Of a stretch of 64,000 nucleotides of DNA, positions 29,636 to 39,041 are shown piece after piece. Numbering within the stretch: position 1 is the first letter of the stretch; each line of letters begins with the position of its first letter. Both the position numbers and the translations under genes were made by a program. The notes beneath the pieces were generated by a model that saw only the letters and a list, made by a program, of their open reading frames with translations, did not search any database and was not told the origin of the DNA. The stretch is from Pseudomonadota bacterium (GTDB lineage: Bacteria > Pseudomonadota > Gammaproteobacteria > Pseudomonadales > Cellvibrionaceae), in contig JAZKFX010000039.1 of the NCBI GenBank assembly GCA_040386215.1, forward strand, positions 66,708-130,707, given 5' to 3'.

Positions 29636-30760
29636 ATGACTGAAAAACCAAAAACTATTCTTCACGCCATAGATACCACAGGTCCAGGTGGAGCAGAAAC
29701 GGTCTTTTTAGATTTGGTGGAAAAGTTAACGCTGGATGGATATGAGAACTATGCCATTATAAAAGGCCCGGGCTGGGTTGAGAATCAACTAAAACAGCGC
29801 GGAGTCAAGTACTTTATTGTAAAACCCAGCGGCTTCTTATCGATTAAATATTACCTTGAATTGGGAAAGCTAATTCGTCAAAACAATACACGATTAGTAC
29901 ACGCGCACTTGTTAGGATCAACCTTAACCTACTCCATTCTTAGCATCTTCTTAGGCTTACCTGTCCTTGCAACACTTCATGGCCGTGTAGATGTTAATCC
30001 CAATGAGCGATTTGTTGCGATCAAAAATAGAATTATGAAGTTCGGAGTAAATACATTAATCGCTGTAAGTAAAGATTTGGCTGGTTACATCTCCGAACGA
30101 GAGCTATTTAACAAAAATGACATAAAGGTTATTTATAACGGAATAGATGAATTACGTTACGGAAAGCAGGAAACCAGAGAGCTTCGCCTTTCATTGGGAA
30201 TTCCTGATGCCGCAATTCTCATAGGCAGCCTAGGCAATGTACGTCCTGCAAAAAGTTATGATGTTCTCGTAACAGCTGCGGCAAATTTGATTAATGAAAA
30301 AAAACAAAATGTACACTTCATCATAGCCGGCCATAAAAAGATGGAGTTAATGAATCCCCTTGATGAACTTATCGCGCAATACGGCATTTCCGACCGAGTG
30401 CATTTTATTGGGTTTCATGAAGATACCGCTCGCTTTTTAGGTCAATTAGATTTTTTTGCTCTTTCATCTTCATCAGAAGGATTTTCCATCGCCACTATCG
30501 AGGCAATGGCTACTGGCCTTCCGGTGGTAGTCACTCGTTGTGGCGGGCCACAAGAAATACTAGAGCATGGGGTTACCGGCTTTTTAGTAAACACCAATAA
30601 CCCGCAAGAGCTCGCAAATGGCCTGCTGCATATGATGCAACACAAGGTCACCGCAGAAAAAATGGCAACGGCAGGAAAAACACATGTTAAAAATGTATTT
30701 TCTTTTGCTTCCATGCTAGAGGCTTATCGACATGAATACAAAAAACACTTACCCCAGTGA
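29636..30760 (+). CDS. Glycosyltransferase family 4
   Basis: GPGGAE, IYNGID, LSSSSEGFSIATIEAMATGLPVV. Confidence 0.92.
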   Translation: MTEKPKTILHAIDTTGPGGAETVFLDLVEKLTLDGYENYAIIKGPGWVENQLKQRGVKYFIVKPSGFLSIKYYLELGKLIRQNNTRLVHAHLLGSTLTYSILSIFLGLPVLATLHGRVDVNPNERFVAIKNRIMKFGVNTLIAVSKDLAGYISERELFNKNDIKVIYNGIDELRYGKQETRELRLSLGIPDAAILIGSLGNVRPAKSYDVLVTAAANLINEKKQNVHFIIAGHKKMELMNPLDELIAQYGISDRVHFIGFHEDTARFLGQLDFFALSSSSEGFSIATIEAMATGLPVVVTRCGGPQEILEHGVTGFLVNTNNPQELANGLLHMMQHKVTAEKMATAGKTHVKNVFSFASMLEAYRHEYKKHLPQ

Positions 30761-30802
30761 AATCTAGAATGAATACTCTAAACATTCAGGTGCAACAATA
30801 GA

Positions 30803-31363
30803 ATGACGCTAAAACAATACATTGAAAATCGATTTGGTTCCAAGAGAGGACTGTTCAGGCTATGCCTTACTGAAATAATCCGCTGCTTAGGGTTTTATAA
30901 GCAATATGGCCAAATTGATTTTTTAAAAGTAAACCGGTTAATTTTTATATGTCATGGAAACATTTGTCGCAGCCCTCTTGGTGAGGCAGTAGCTAAAAAT
31001 CGAGGGGCTCTGGCCGAATCTTATGGCTTGGATACTCGAGGTGGCGATAATGCAGATCCTCGCGCAATCGCATTTGCTATTCAACATAAACTAGTACTAA
31101 ACAATCATAAGACACGTCACATCAAAGAATATTTACCAGAACCTGGTGATTTATTGATTGGCATGGAGCCGAAACATACCACTGCGCTAAAAGCGCTTTA
31201 CGGTAATGATGTGCAAATTACTCTTGCAGGTTTATGGCTACAAAAACCTGTAGCTTATTTACATGATCCTTACAGTGCAAACATTTCATTTTTTAATCGT
31301 TGTGAATTATTGGTTGCATGCGCGGCAAAACAATTGGCATCGAAGATTAAATCAACCCAATGA
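30803..31363 (+). CDS. Low-molecular-weight protein tyrosine phosphatase family protein
   Basis: FICHGNICRSP (C-x5-R loop) and DPY general-acid motif; about 40-aa N-terminal extension. Confidence 0.85.
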   Translation: MTLKQYIENRFGSKRGLFRLCLTEIIRCLGFYKQYGQIDFLKVNRLIFICHGNICRSPLGEAVAKNRGALAESYGLDTRGGDNADPRAIAFAIQHKLVLNNHKTRHIKEYLPEPGDLLIGMEPKHTTALKALYGNDVQITLAGLWLQKPVAYLHDPYSANISFFNRCELLVACAAKQLASKIKSTQ

Positions 31364-32628
31364 CAACAAAAATCTATACCACTGAAGATTTCTACGCTTT
31401 TAAAGTAGGCGCTATGTGGCAATACTTTAAAAGCCAACACTTTTCTTTTTGGATGATTTGCTGTTATTTGGTGTTTGAGTTTGTCAGGCCACAAGCGCTA
31501 ATTCCCAGAATTGACTTTCTTCCTTGGGCTCAGTTATTCCTCGTTGGGTCACTTGCAGGAGTGGTGATGGATCCTACGGTAAAGTGGGTGTCTAGTCCCG
31601 CCAACAAATGGATCATTTTATTTCTAATAACAATTTGCATATCAATATCCACAGCGCAGTATCCTGAGGTTTCGAAGAAACATTTCATGGATTTTTTTAG
31701 CTGGTTCGTAATTTATTTTATAGTTATCAATATAATTAATACGAAAGAGCGATTTTATATTTTTGTTATTATTTTTCTTTTTGCTGCGGGAAAAATTGCA
31801 TTTGGGACATCCAAAAGCTGGGCGTTTCGCGGTTTTTCATTCACTAATTGGGGCTTGATGGGCCCTAAAGGCTACTTTCAAAACTCTGGTGAGCTTGCCA
31901 TACTTATGCTCATGCTATTTCCCTTAGCCTATTATTTATATCAGGCACAAAAGAACACTATCAAATCTTGGGAAAAATGGACGCTCATGCTGTTTTGGAT
32001 TTGCCCGGTGTTTACAATCCTGGGAGCAAGCAGCCGCGGAGCCCAAATAGCTCTTGTTTGCCAGTTATTAGTAATGTTTAGAAAAAGTCTTGTCAAACCA
32101 AAGTTACTCATTGGAGTAGTAATTTTAAGTATGAGTTTATTTTATCTGCTGCCAGCAGAGCAAAAGGAGCGGTTCTCACAAACAGGAGGTGATAAAACAT
32201 CGCAGCAGAGAATTTTATACTGGGGGCATGGCTGGGATATGATAAAAGAGTACCCATTAACAGGTGTTGGGTTTTTTAACTTTATTCCATATTACGAACA
32301 AAATTTTTCGCACGATATGCTATATGAATTTGCTGAACTACCGCACAACATTTTTATACAAGTTGGTACTGATGCGGGAATAGTTGCTGTTTTTTTCTTT
32401 ATTCTCATTATCCTGTACTGTCTGTCGACCTCGCTAAAAATTGCAAACCGGCAGAATACTGAACCTACCTTAAAAGCAATAGCCGTAGGTTGTGGATATG
32501 GTGTTTTTGGGTTTCTCGTGGCGGGGCAGTTTGTTACAGTAAGCTACTATCCTTTTTTATGGATACACTTGGCATTTATAGCATCACTCGAAAATATTAT
32601 AAAGTTTTCAAAGCCTCTCGCCAAATAG
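31360..32628 (+). CDS. O-antigen ligase/Wzy-like membrane protein
   Basis: About 11-12 TM helices; NSGE, SSRGA, R..YW..GW.MI...PLTGVG, PHNIFIQVG.D.G. Confidence 0.85.
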   Translation: MTTKIYTTEDFYAFKVGAMWQYFKSQHFSFWMICCYLVFEFVRPQALIPRIDFLPWAQLFLVGSLAGVVMDPTVKWVSSPANKWIILFLITICISISTAQYPEVSKKHFMDFFSWFVIYFIVINIINTKERFYIFVIIFLFAAGKIAFGTSKSWAFRGFSFTNWGLMGPKGYFQNSGELAILMLMLFPLAYYLYQAQKNTIKSWEKWTLMLFWICPVFTILGASSRGAQIALVCQLLVMFRKSLVKPKLLIGVVILSMSLFYLLPAEQKERFSQTGGDKTSQQRILYWGHGWDMIKEYPLTGVGFFNFIPYYEQNFSHDMLYEFAELPHNIFIQVGTDAGIVAVFFFILIILYCLSTSLKIANRQNTEPTLKAIAVGCGYGVFGFLVAGQFVTVSYYPFLWIHLAFIASLENIIKFSKPLAK

Positions 32629-32947
32629 TTTTGCTATGTATAAATCAAGGTAAATTATTTTTATTTAGTAAAGAGCTTGGCCAAAATTACCACTTCAAAA
32701 ATATTTACGGCTTAGCTGTGAAGACAAACAATTTAATATACACTTACTTAACAGGAATACTGCAGCAAGCCAAAGCATGATTACATCTCCGAAGTTTGGG
32801 TCACATTAATCGTTAACTTCGTGGATTTTTTTGAACTGGCTATTTTCATACTTTACAATAATTCAGTTAACGCAAATATCCTGGTTTTGTTGGGCGCATT
32901 CGCACCTTAAACTCAAAGTAATTATAGTTAGATTCTCCGGAAATGTT

Positions 32948-33868
32948 ATGTCGCTTTCTATTGTTATACCCATATACAACGAAGAAAAATATATAAGTGA
33001 AACTATAGCGGTAATTACAGCGCTTTTAGAGAGCCTAATCGAGTTTGAAATCATAGCCGTTAATAACGCATCTTCAGATAACACCGCAGACTTACTGGCT
33101 GACATCAAGAATATAAAGTTATTAACGTTAAACGAAAAAGTAACTGTTGCAAAAGCAAGAAATATTGGTTGGCGAGAGGCGAAGTACAATCTGGTAGCAT
33201 TTATTGATGGGGATATGATTATCACTCATGAATGGTCCAATGAAATAGTAAAAATGACTTCCTATTTAGAAGCAAATTCGCTAACTGTAACCGGCTGCAA
33301 ATGTCATCCATCGCGAACACCATCCTGGATTGAAAATGTTTGGTTCACGAATGAAAATTATCGAAATAATAAAGAAAAGTACATAAACTCAGGTAATCTC
33401 ATTACCACCAGATCGGTAATGGATATTACCGAAGGGTTTGATGAGCGGCTAATAACGGGTGAAGATGTTGATTTTTGTGGAAGAGCTCGAGCACTTAACG
33501 CGACTTTAGAAATAAATAAAAACTTTAAAATTCATCATGAAGGTTATCCAAAAACATTAAAAGGGTTTGTAAAAAGAGAGCGTTGGCATGGCGTTGGTGA
33601 TGTTTCTTCTCTTGGCCACTTTATCAAGTCAAAAGTAGCGATTCTATCCATGGTAGTTTTAACGCTCTTAATTGCTACCATTACTTCGATGATTTTCAGC
33701 AGCAAGCTCTCAACACTACTCCTTCTTTCTTTGATTTTTATAATCATTGTAAGTGCGCATTACAAATTTAACGTTCAAAATAAAGTAATGTGGCTTCAAA
33801 TTTATTTTTTACAATTTCTTTATTTTTTTGGCCGTTCATTATCGATAACAATTAGGCGCAATATTTAA
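32948..33868 (+). CDS. Glycosyltransferase family 2
   Basis: IVIPIYNEE, NNASSD, ARNIG, FIDGD, GFDE, GEDVDF. Start set at the ATG at 32948. Confidence 0.88.
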   Translation: MSLSIVIPIYNEEKYISETIAVITALLESLIEFEIIAVNNASSDNTADLLADIKNIKLLTLNEKVTVAKARNIGWREAKYNLVAFIDGDMIITHEWSNEIVKMTSYLEANSLTVTGCKCHPSRTPSWIENVWFTNENYRNNKEKYINSGNLITTRSVMDITEGFDERLITGEDVDFCGRARALNATLEINKNFKIHHEGYPKTLKGFVKRERWHGVGDVSSLGHFIKSKVAILSMVVLTLLIATITSMIFSSKLSTLLLLSLIFIIIVSAHYKFNVQNKVMWLQIYFLQFLYFFGRSLSITIRRNI

Positions 33869-34160
33869 ATACTGAATTAGCGTTTGCTATTTTAGTCTGC
33901 GAATGAATATGAGGTATTTTTCTGTCGATTATTTTCATTAATAATCAAATATTCGTGCTTCGGTGTTAATTATGACTGACGCAATATAAACAAAATTTTA
34001 GGCATTATTTTTATGCATTAATAATTAGGTTCAATTATCGGACGTCTGAGCAGGAAAAATTACGCTACCACAGCAACGCAACTGTTTATACCTAGCATGA
34101 TCTGGAGGAAAAATTCTTTTTCAGCTATTCCCCCTGTTTGACAAAATATGGAACCATTAA

Positions 34161-35213
34161 ATGTCTTCTGCAAAAAAGAAATTTGATTCACTTCAAGTGT
34201 TTCGCGGATTAGCGGCGCTAGGGGTGGTAATTCGCCACACAGCAATAAGTACCGATAGCCATATTGCCAGCATCCCGGCTTGGCTAGATGGAATATTTAA
34301 AAATGGCTTCCTTGGCGTAGATTTTTTCTTTGTTTTATCTGGCTTCATTATTATGAGCAGCCACTTTAATGATGAGAAGTCAGTAGCTGCGTGGAAAACT
34401 TACGGATTTAAGCGGTTCGTACGCATATTTCCGCCTTACTGGCCCATCGCTATTGCGCTAATGCTTAGCTATATATTCCTGCCAAGTTTGGGTCAGGAGA
34501 CACGACATTATAGTGTATTGAGTTCGTTATTATTGTTGCCTGATTATCAACCCCCCGCGCTAATAGTGGCTTGGACATTGATTCATGAGGTGCTGTTTTA
34601 TTTGATTTTTTGTCTGTTTTTTATCTCAAATCGTGTCTTTTTGATTTTTTTGGCATGTTGGGTTTTTGCTATTGGCGTGACTGCATCGCATTTTAAAGCA
34701 GTGGCTTATTCTCCCTTTTTTACGGTTTTGTTGCACCCCATTAATTTGGAATTTGTGTTTGGAATGTGCACTGCATACCTAGCGACAAAAACTTCAAAAC
34801 ATCTCGGCATTCCTTTAATATTTCTCGGTTTTTCCACATTTGCTCTCCTATTACTGTGGCCGTTTGCCTACGAGTGCCGCTTCTTATTTGGCTTGTCTTT
34901 TTCTGCTTTGGTGCTTGGCTCGGTGTTGCTGGAACACGGCAAAGCCTTGCCTATCCCTCGCTGGATGGTGCTTATAGGTGATGCAAGCTATTCAATTTAC
35001 CTCATTCACAATCCACTTAACTCAGTTACCGGTAGGCTTATAGGACGATTTCAGGGTTTCGCAACTTGGGGAGTGGGGATGCTCGTAGGTGTTATTTCCA
35101 GCATAATTGCCGGGGTGATATACCACTTTATTATCGAAAAGCCGCTGATTAGATTGTTTCGCAGGGGAAAAGAGGCACTCCTTAAGCGCCCCGTAAAAGC
35201 GGATTTAATATAG
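34161..35213 (+). CDS. Acyltransferase family 3 (OafA-like O-acyltransferase)
   Basis: LQVFRGLAA, GVDFFFVLSGFI, RFVRIFPPYW, AWTLIHE..FY, GDASYSIYL.H. Confidence 0.92.
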   Translation: MSSAKKKFDSLQVFRGLAALGVVIRHTAISTDSHIASIPAWLDGIFKNGFLGVDFFFVLSGFIIMSSHFNDEKSVAAWKTYGFKRFVRIFPPYWPIAIALMLSYIFLPSLGQETRHYSVLSSLLLLPDYQPPALIVAWTLIHEVLFYLIFCLFFISNRVFLIFLACWVFAIGVTASHFKAVAYSPFFTVLLHPINLEFVFGMCTAYLATKTSKHLGIPLIFLGFSTFALLLLWPFAYECRFLFGLSFSALVLGSVLLEHGKALPIPRWMVLIGDASYSIYLIHNPLNSVTGRLIGRFQGFATWGVGMLVGVISSIIAGVIYHFIIEKPLIRLFRRGKEALLKRPVKADLI

Positions 35214-35402
35214 CTTTACAATTTCGCGCATCCTTTCTACTCGTATTAATACAACTCAAATCAAAATACGGTTAGCTTGCCGGGGAGTTCTCTTTAAAAA
35301 ATAAGCGGTAAAAAAGTAATACTCGTTCCCGAGAAGCAATCAGAGGTGTTATTTAAACTGCCCCTATTTGGCAGAGTCCGCAACACCTTGATTAAAACCA
35401 TC

Positions 35403-36338
35403 TTATTTTAATATCATGGACGGATTGCCAGGAGGCTCAGGATTGGCAGGGGCATTATTATTCTGACTAAAACCACCTGTTGTGATTTTAATGTCGTCAT
35501 ACCACAACTCAAAAGGAACGCTTCCACCTTGTGACCAATCAAAGATTGAAATGTTTTGAATAGGCTTGTTCAGATAGTGGCGATTAAATATGTTTTTCAC
35601 ATCTGCGTAAACTTTGCCGTCAATTTCAACATAAACTGCACCATCGGGAACTTCGTTCTCTTTTGTCGTACCGGAGTTAAACTTTAGATGAAATCTGAAA
35701 TGATGCCACTCACTGCCCCAAGCTGATGACGGCCAAAATTTCCCTTGCGGAGTATTGATTATAGCTACACCTTGAGATCTACCGATCCAATCACGGTTCT
35801 CCCCATTAAATTTAACGACATTCTGCGCGTCATTTCCTACTGTGGTGCCATCTCCAAAACCGAATCCCCACATGCCAGCGTAATCAACGCCGGTATAATC
35901 CAGGAGAAAAGTCGTATTGGCATAGTGCTCACCTGCACCCGATACTCTCTGTCCAAACACTTTGAGAAACTTTACACCATATTTTGCATTTGGCATCTTT
36001 GCATAAAATTCAATGTATATATCTCGCAAATTAAGCGCGGCGATATCAAGTCCGCCCCAAATGTAAACACCCCCGGTGCCCGGCTTAGGATACACGCCTC
36101 TTATACTTCCTTTACTGCCATTGTGGTTCAAACTTGTATCAGCCGAAATGCTTACTTGTCCACCCTGCTGAGCACCAAAGCCCCAACCGTTGGTAGAAGG
36201 AAGAACACCCGACTCAAAATCCGCCTGCCCCAGAACCACAACTTCTGCTCTTGAGCTACCAACCGCGAACATACAAAACACTGCCATCAATAAGGAATAG
36301 AAGCAATGGGACAATTTGGATAATTTGGACAACTTCAT
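35403..36338 (-). CDS. Secreted hypothetical protein, predicted beta-jelly-roll (polysaccharide-lyase/LamG-like) fold, Pro-rich tail
   Basis: GAGGTG RBS, signal peptide ending SRA, YIEFYAK, WHHFRFHLKFN, DG.VYVEIDGK, LWYDDIKIT, tail PANPEPPGNP. The fold is inferred. Confidence 0.6.
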   Translation of the reverse strand: MKLSKLSKLSHCFYSLLMAVFCMFAVGSSRAEVVVLGQADFESGVLPSTNGWGFGAQQGGQVSISADTSLNHNGSKGSIRGVYPKPGTGGVYIWGGLDIAALNLRDIYIEFYAKMPNAKYGVKFLKVFGQRVSGAGEHYANTTFLLDYTGVDYAGMWGFGFGDGTTVGNDAQNVVKFNGENRDWIGRSQGVAIINTPQGKFWPSSAWGSEWHHFRFHLKFNSGTTKENEVPDGAVYVEIDGKVYADVKNIFNRHYLNKPIQNISIFDWSQGGSVPFELWYDDIKITTGGFSQNNNAPANPEPPGNPSMILK

Positions 36339-37178
36339 AATCACCTCGACACATAAATTTACAATTGCATTTAGCTTGTTCAATATAGTCAAACAACACT
36401 CCGACCGCTCGTTCAAATTTTCTAACTGTGAATAGAGTCACTAAAGTGACTAATTTTTTTCCATTCGGCATAGCCAACATTTTAAATATTATGAAAACAT
36501 AAAAAATGTAATTTAATTAGCATAAGATCTTATAGCAAGCTTGAGTAGATTGTGACATTTACGCTTTCGACATCGAATATGCATATGATATGAATGTGGA
36601 ATTACTTTTCTACGCCCTCACAAACCGAAATATTTTCCCCAAACTCCATGGATCTAATCATCACATTTATCATAATGCGTTAAATCGGACGCCTGGATGC
36701 TATCAAAAAAATATGGCTTAAGGGAAACGACAATGCTTGTAGCAGTCTTCATAGCACACACAAAACCAAAATATTCGCTCCAACAGACAATGAAGCTGAA
36801 TTCATTAATTATATCACGCGATATTCTGCTTATTGGCCATATCTCAAAATCAATTAGATTGATGCGAAGTATGAACGGCTCGCTTTGATCTATTTGGCCT
36901 TAAGAGCCACCAAACCTAGCGAGCCTGAAGTGCGCTGCAATGCGGAGGCTGTGTTTAGTATTGCCCGGCATGTAGAGTGTTCAGTCCGATCTATTTTGAA
37001 TCCAGAGAAATAATTTTTTATAAAAATCAGGCTGTTTTGATCGCACTTAGATATCATCGCTATCATTCATATTTTGGCAAGCAAATTTTTAGATTTCGCA
37101 AAGTATATTCGAATAGCACCCGCTCTGAATAACGCGAAAGTGTATACTTAAAACGGCTTTTTTAATTGAGAATATATT

Positions 37179-39041
37179 ATGTATGAGTTTGAAGTGGATC
37201 ATGGGTCGCAAAAGGAATCCGATACACCCCAAGAAATCCTAGAGTCCTTTACACAATTTCCCTCTGATACAGAGGCATTATCAATACTACCTTGGGAAGA
37301 ACATTGTACCGAATGCGCAATGCCAATGTGTTACAGCACTTGCAACCTCTACGAAGCGAGAAAAGACGGAAAATGTAGGCGTTTTGTAGGCGGAATAGTA
37401 TCGGTATCGGGCGCAAAAAATCCTCAAGGCTACCTTACGCGTGTTTCATTTAAACGTTGGGGTCAATTGATGGCGTATGCCAATTTGCATCCTGTACCCA
37501 TCCAACGCTTTAAATGGGTTGAAACAGCAGTACGGGTAATAGACGAAATTGCAGCACATATTCCAGATCGCCACCTTGCAATTCGCGGAAGGCGCGGCTT
37601 TAGTTCGCGCATGCAAAGAAGATTGAAACAGTTTGTTGCGGGAAGCGGAGTTTTTGCAACAAGTCATGATGCACCGCCAACATATTTACTGATTGAAGTG
37701 TTCAACCCAAATGATTTTGTTGTTAAGGTAACATTAACCCTGAATTCCTCTGATGCAAATGCATATAATGCGGGCTACCAGCAGCTATTGGCGATTGAAA
37801 AAGGATTCAATCAATTTAAGATAGCGCTTGCAGATATTTCTCAACGCGTAAACTTGCAGGAAAAATTCGGAATTTCACTCAATCCCAACATTCTTGATGA
37901 AAAAGATGAGGGATTAACGCTGTATTTTGGCATGCTAACTTTTGCATGGGAAAAACCCTCGGCGAGTAATGTGCAACCGACAACGGAAAGTACAGGCAAG
38001 CCGCATGTCAAAGTGCTGGTTTGGGACCTTGACAATACACTTTGGGACGGCGTCTTATTAGAGGTGGGTCTTGATAAGCTCAAATTGAAGCCTGGCATCA
38101 TTGACGTTATCAAAGAATTAGATAAAAGAGGAATTTTAAACAGTGTTGCAAGTAAAAATAATTACGACGACGCAATACTGGCTTTACAACATTTTGGACT
38201 ATCAGAATATATGCTGTACCCACAAATTGGTTGGGAGCAAAAAGGCTTGTATGTCAGAGAACTCATTAATCGATTCAATGTAGGTCAAAATACATTTGCG
38301 TTCATAGACGATCAGCCCTTTGAACGAGATGAAGTATTGTCCTTGAACCCTCAGGTGCGCGCCTATGATGCGACCGAATATAATTCATTGCTTAGCTTAC
38401 CGGACTTTAATCCACCATTAAGCCTGGAGTCGCATTTGCGACGTGAATTTTACAGCTTGGATATTCAGCGAAAAGAAGCAATGACTTCGTTTGATGGCGA
38501 GTATTTTTCTTTTTTAAAAGACTGCCAGATTAAGCTCAATATCTATACGCCAACAATCGAAAATATTGACCGCATAATGGAGTTGGTTCAACGCACCAAC
38601 CAACTGAATTTTTCTGGAAACAAGTACACACCGGAAGAAATTATCGCGATTCTTGAGCAAGACAAATACGAGGCTTTTTGTTTAGACTGTGAAGACAAGT
38701 ATGGTCAATATGGCACTGTCGGTTTTGCCATAGTAAACAAGGAAAAATTTCAACTTATTGATTTGATGTTTAGCTGTCGCGTACAATCGAAAAGAGTGGA
38801 GCATGCCTTTCTTGCATTCCTGTTAAATCATTATAAGTCTTCAGCTGCAAATGAATTTTCAGCGGTATACATTAAAACTTCTCGAAATATGAAAGCAGGT
38901 TTAGTGTTTGATGACATGAAATTTATTGAACAAAAATTAGATTCAGAAACATCTAGCGAAAGCATATACAAAATCGATCTTACTGCAGAAGTCCCTAATG
39001 ACAACATCATCACAGTTTTATGGAATGGTAAAATATGTTGA
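37179..39041 (+). CDS. FkbH-like HAD-IIIC phosphatase/glyceryl transferase with atypical Cys-rich N-terminal domain
   Basis: VLVWDLDNTLWDG, SVASKN, FIDDQPFER, LVQRTNQLN, DKYGQYG, FSCRV. Confidence 0.88.
   Translation: MYEFEVDHGSQKESDTPQEILESFTQFPSDTEALSILPWEEHCTECAMPMCYSTCNLYEARKDGKCRRFVGGIVSVSGAKNPQGYLTRVSFKRWGQLMAYANLHPVPIQRFKWVETAVRVIDEIAAHIPDRHLAIRGRRGFSSRMQRRLKQFVAGSGVFATSHDAPPTYLLIEVFNPNDFVVKVTLTLNSSDANAYNAGYQQLLAIEKGFNQFKIALADISQRVNLQEKFGISLNPNILDEKDEGLTLYFGMLTFAWEKPSASNVQPTTESTGKPHVKVLVWDLDNTLWDGVLLEVGLDKLKLKPGIIDVIKELDKRGILNSVASKNNYDDAILALQHFGLSEYMLYPQIGWEQKGLYVRELINRFNVGQNTFAFIDDQPFERDEVLSLNPQVRAYDATEYNSLLSLPDFNPPLSLESHLRREFYSLDIQRKEAMTSFDGEYFSFLKDCQIKLNIYTPTIENIDRIMELVQRTNQLNFSGNKYTPEEIIAILEQDKYEAFCLDCEDKYGQYGTVGFAIVNKEKFQLIDLMFSCRVQSKRVEHAFLAFLLNHYKSSAANEFSAVYIKTSRNMKAGLVFDDMKFIEQKLDSETSSESIYKIDLTAEVPNDNIITVLWNGKIC

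Noticed and set aside
35403-35450. PEP in the tail ANPEPPGNPSMILK as a PEP-CTERM signal
   Set aside because: No transmembrane helix or basic cluster follows in any frame; it is just a Pro-rich tail.
36697-36888. 63-aa ORF as the missing acyl carrier protein for FkbH
   Set aside because: It lacks the DS[LM] phosphopantetheine motif and the acidic composition of an ACP.
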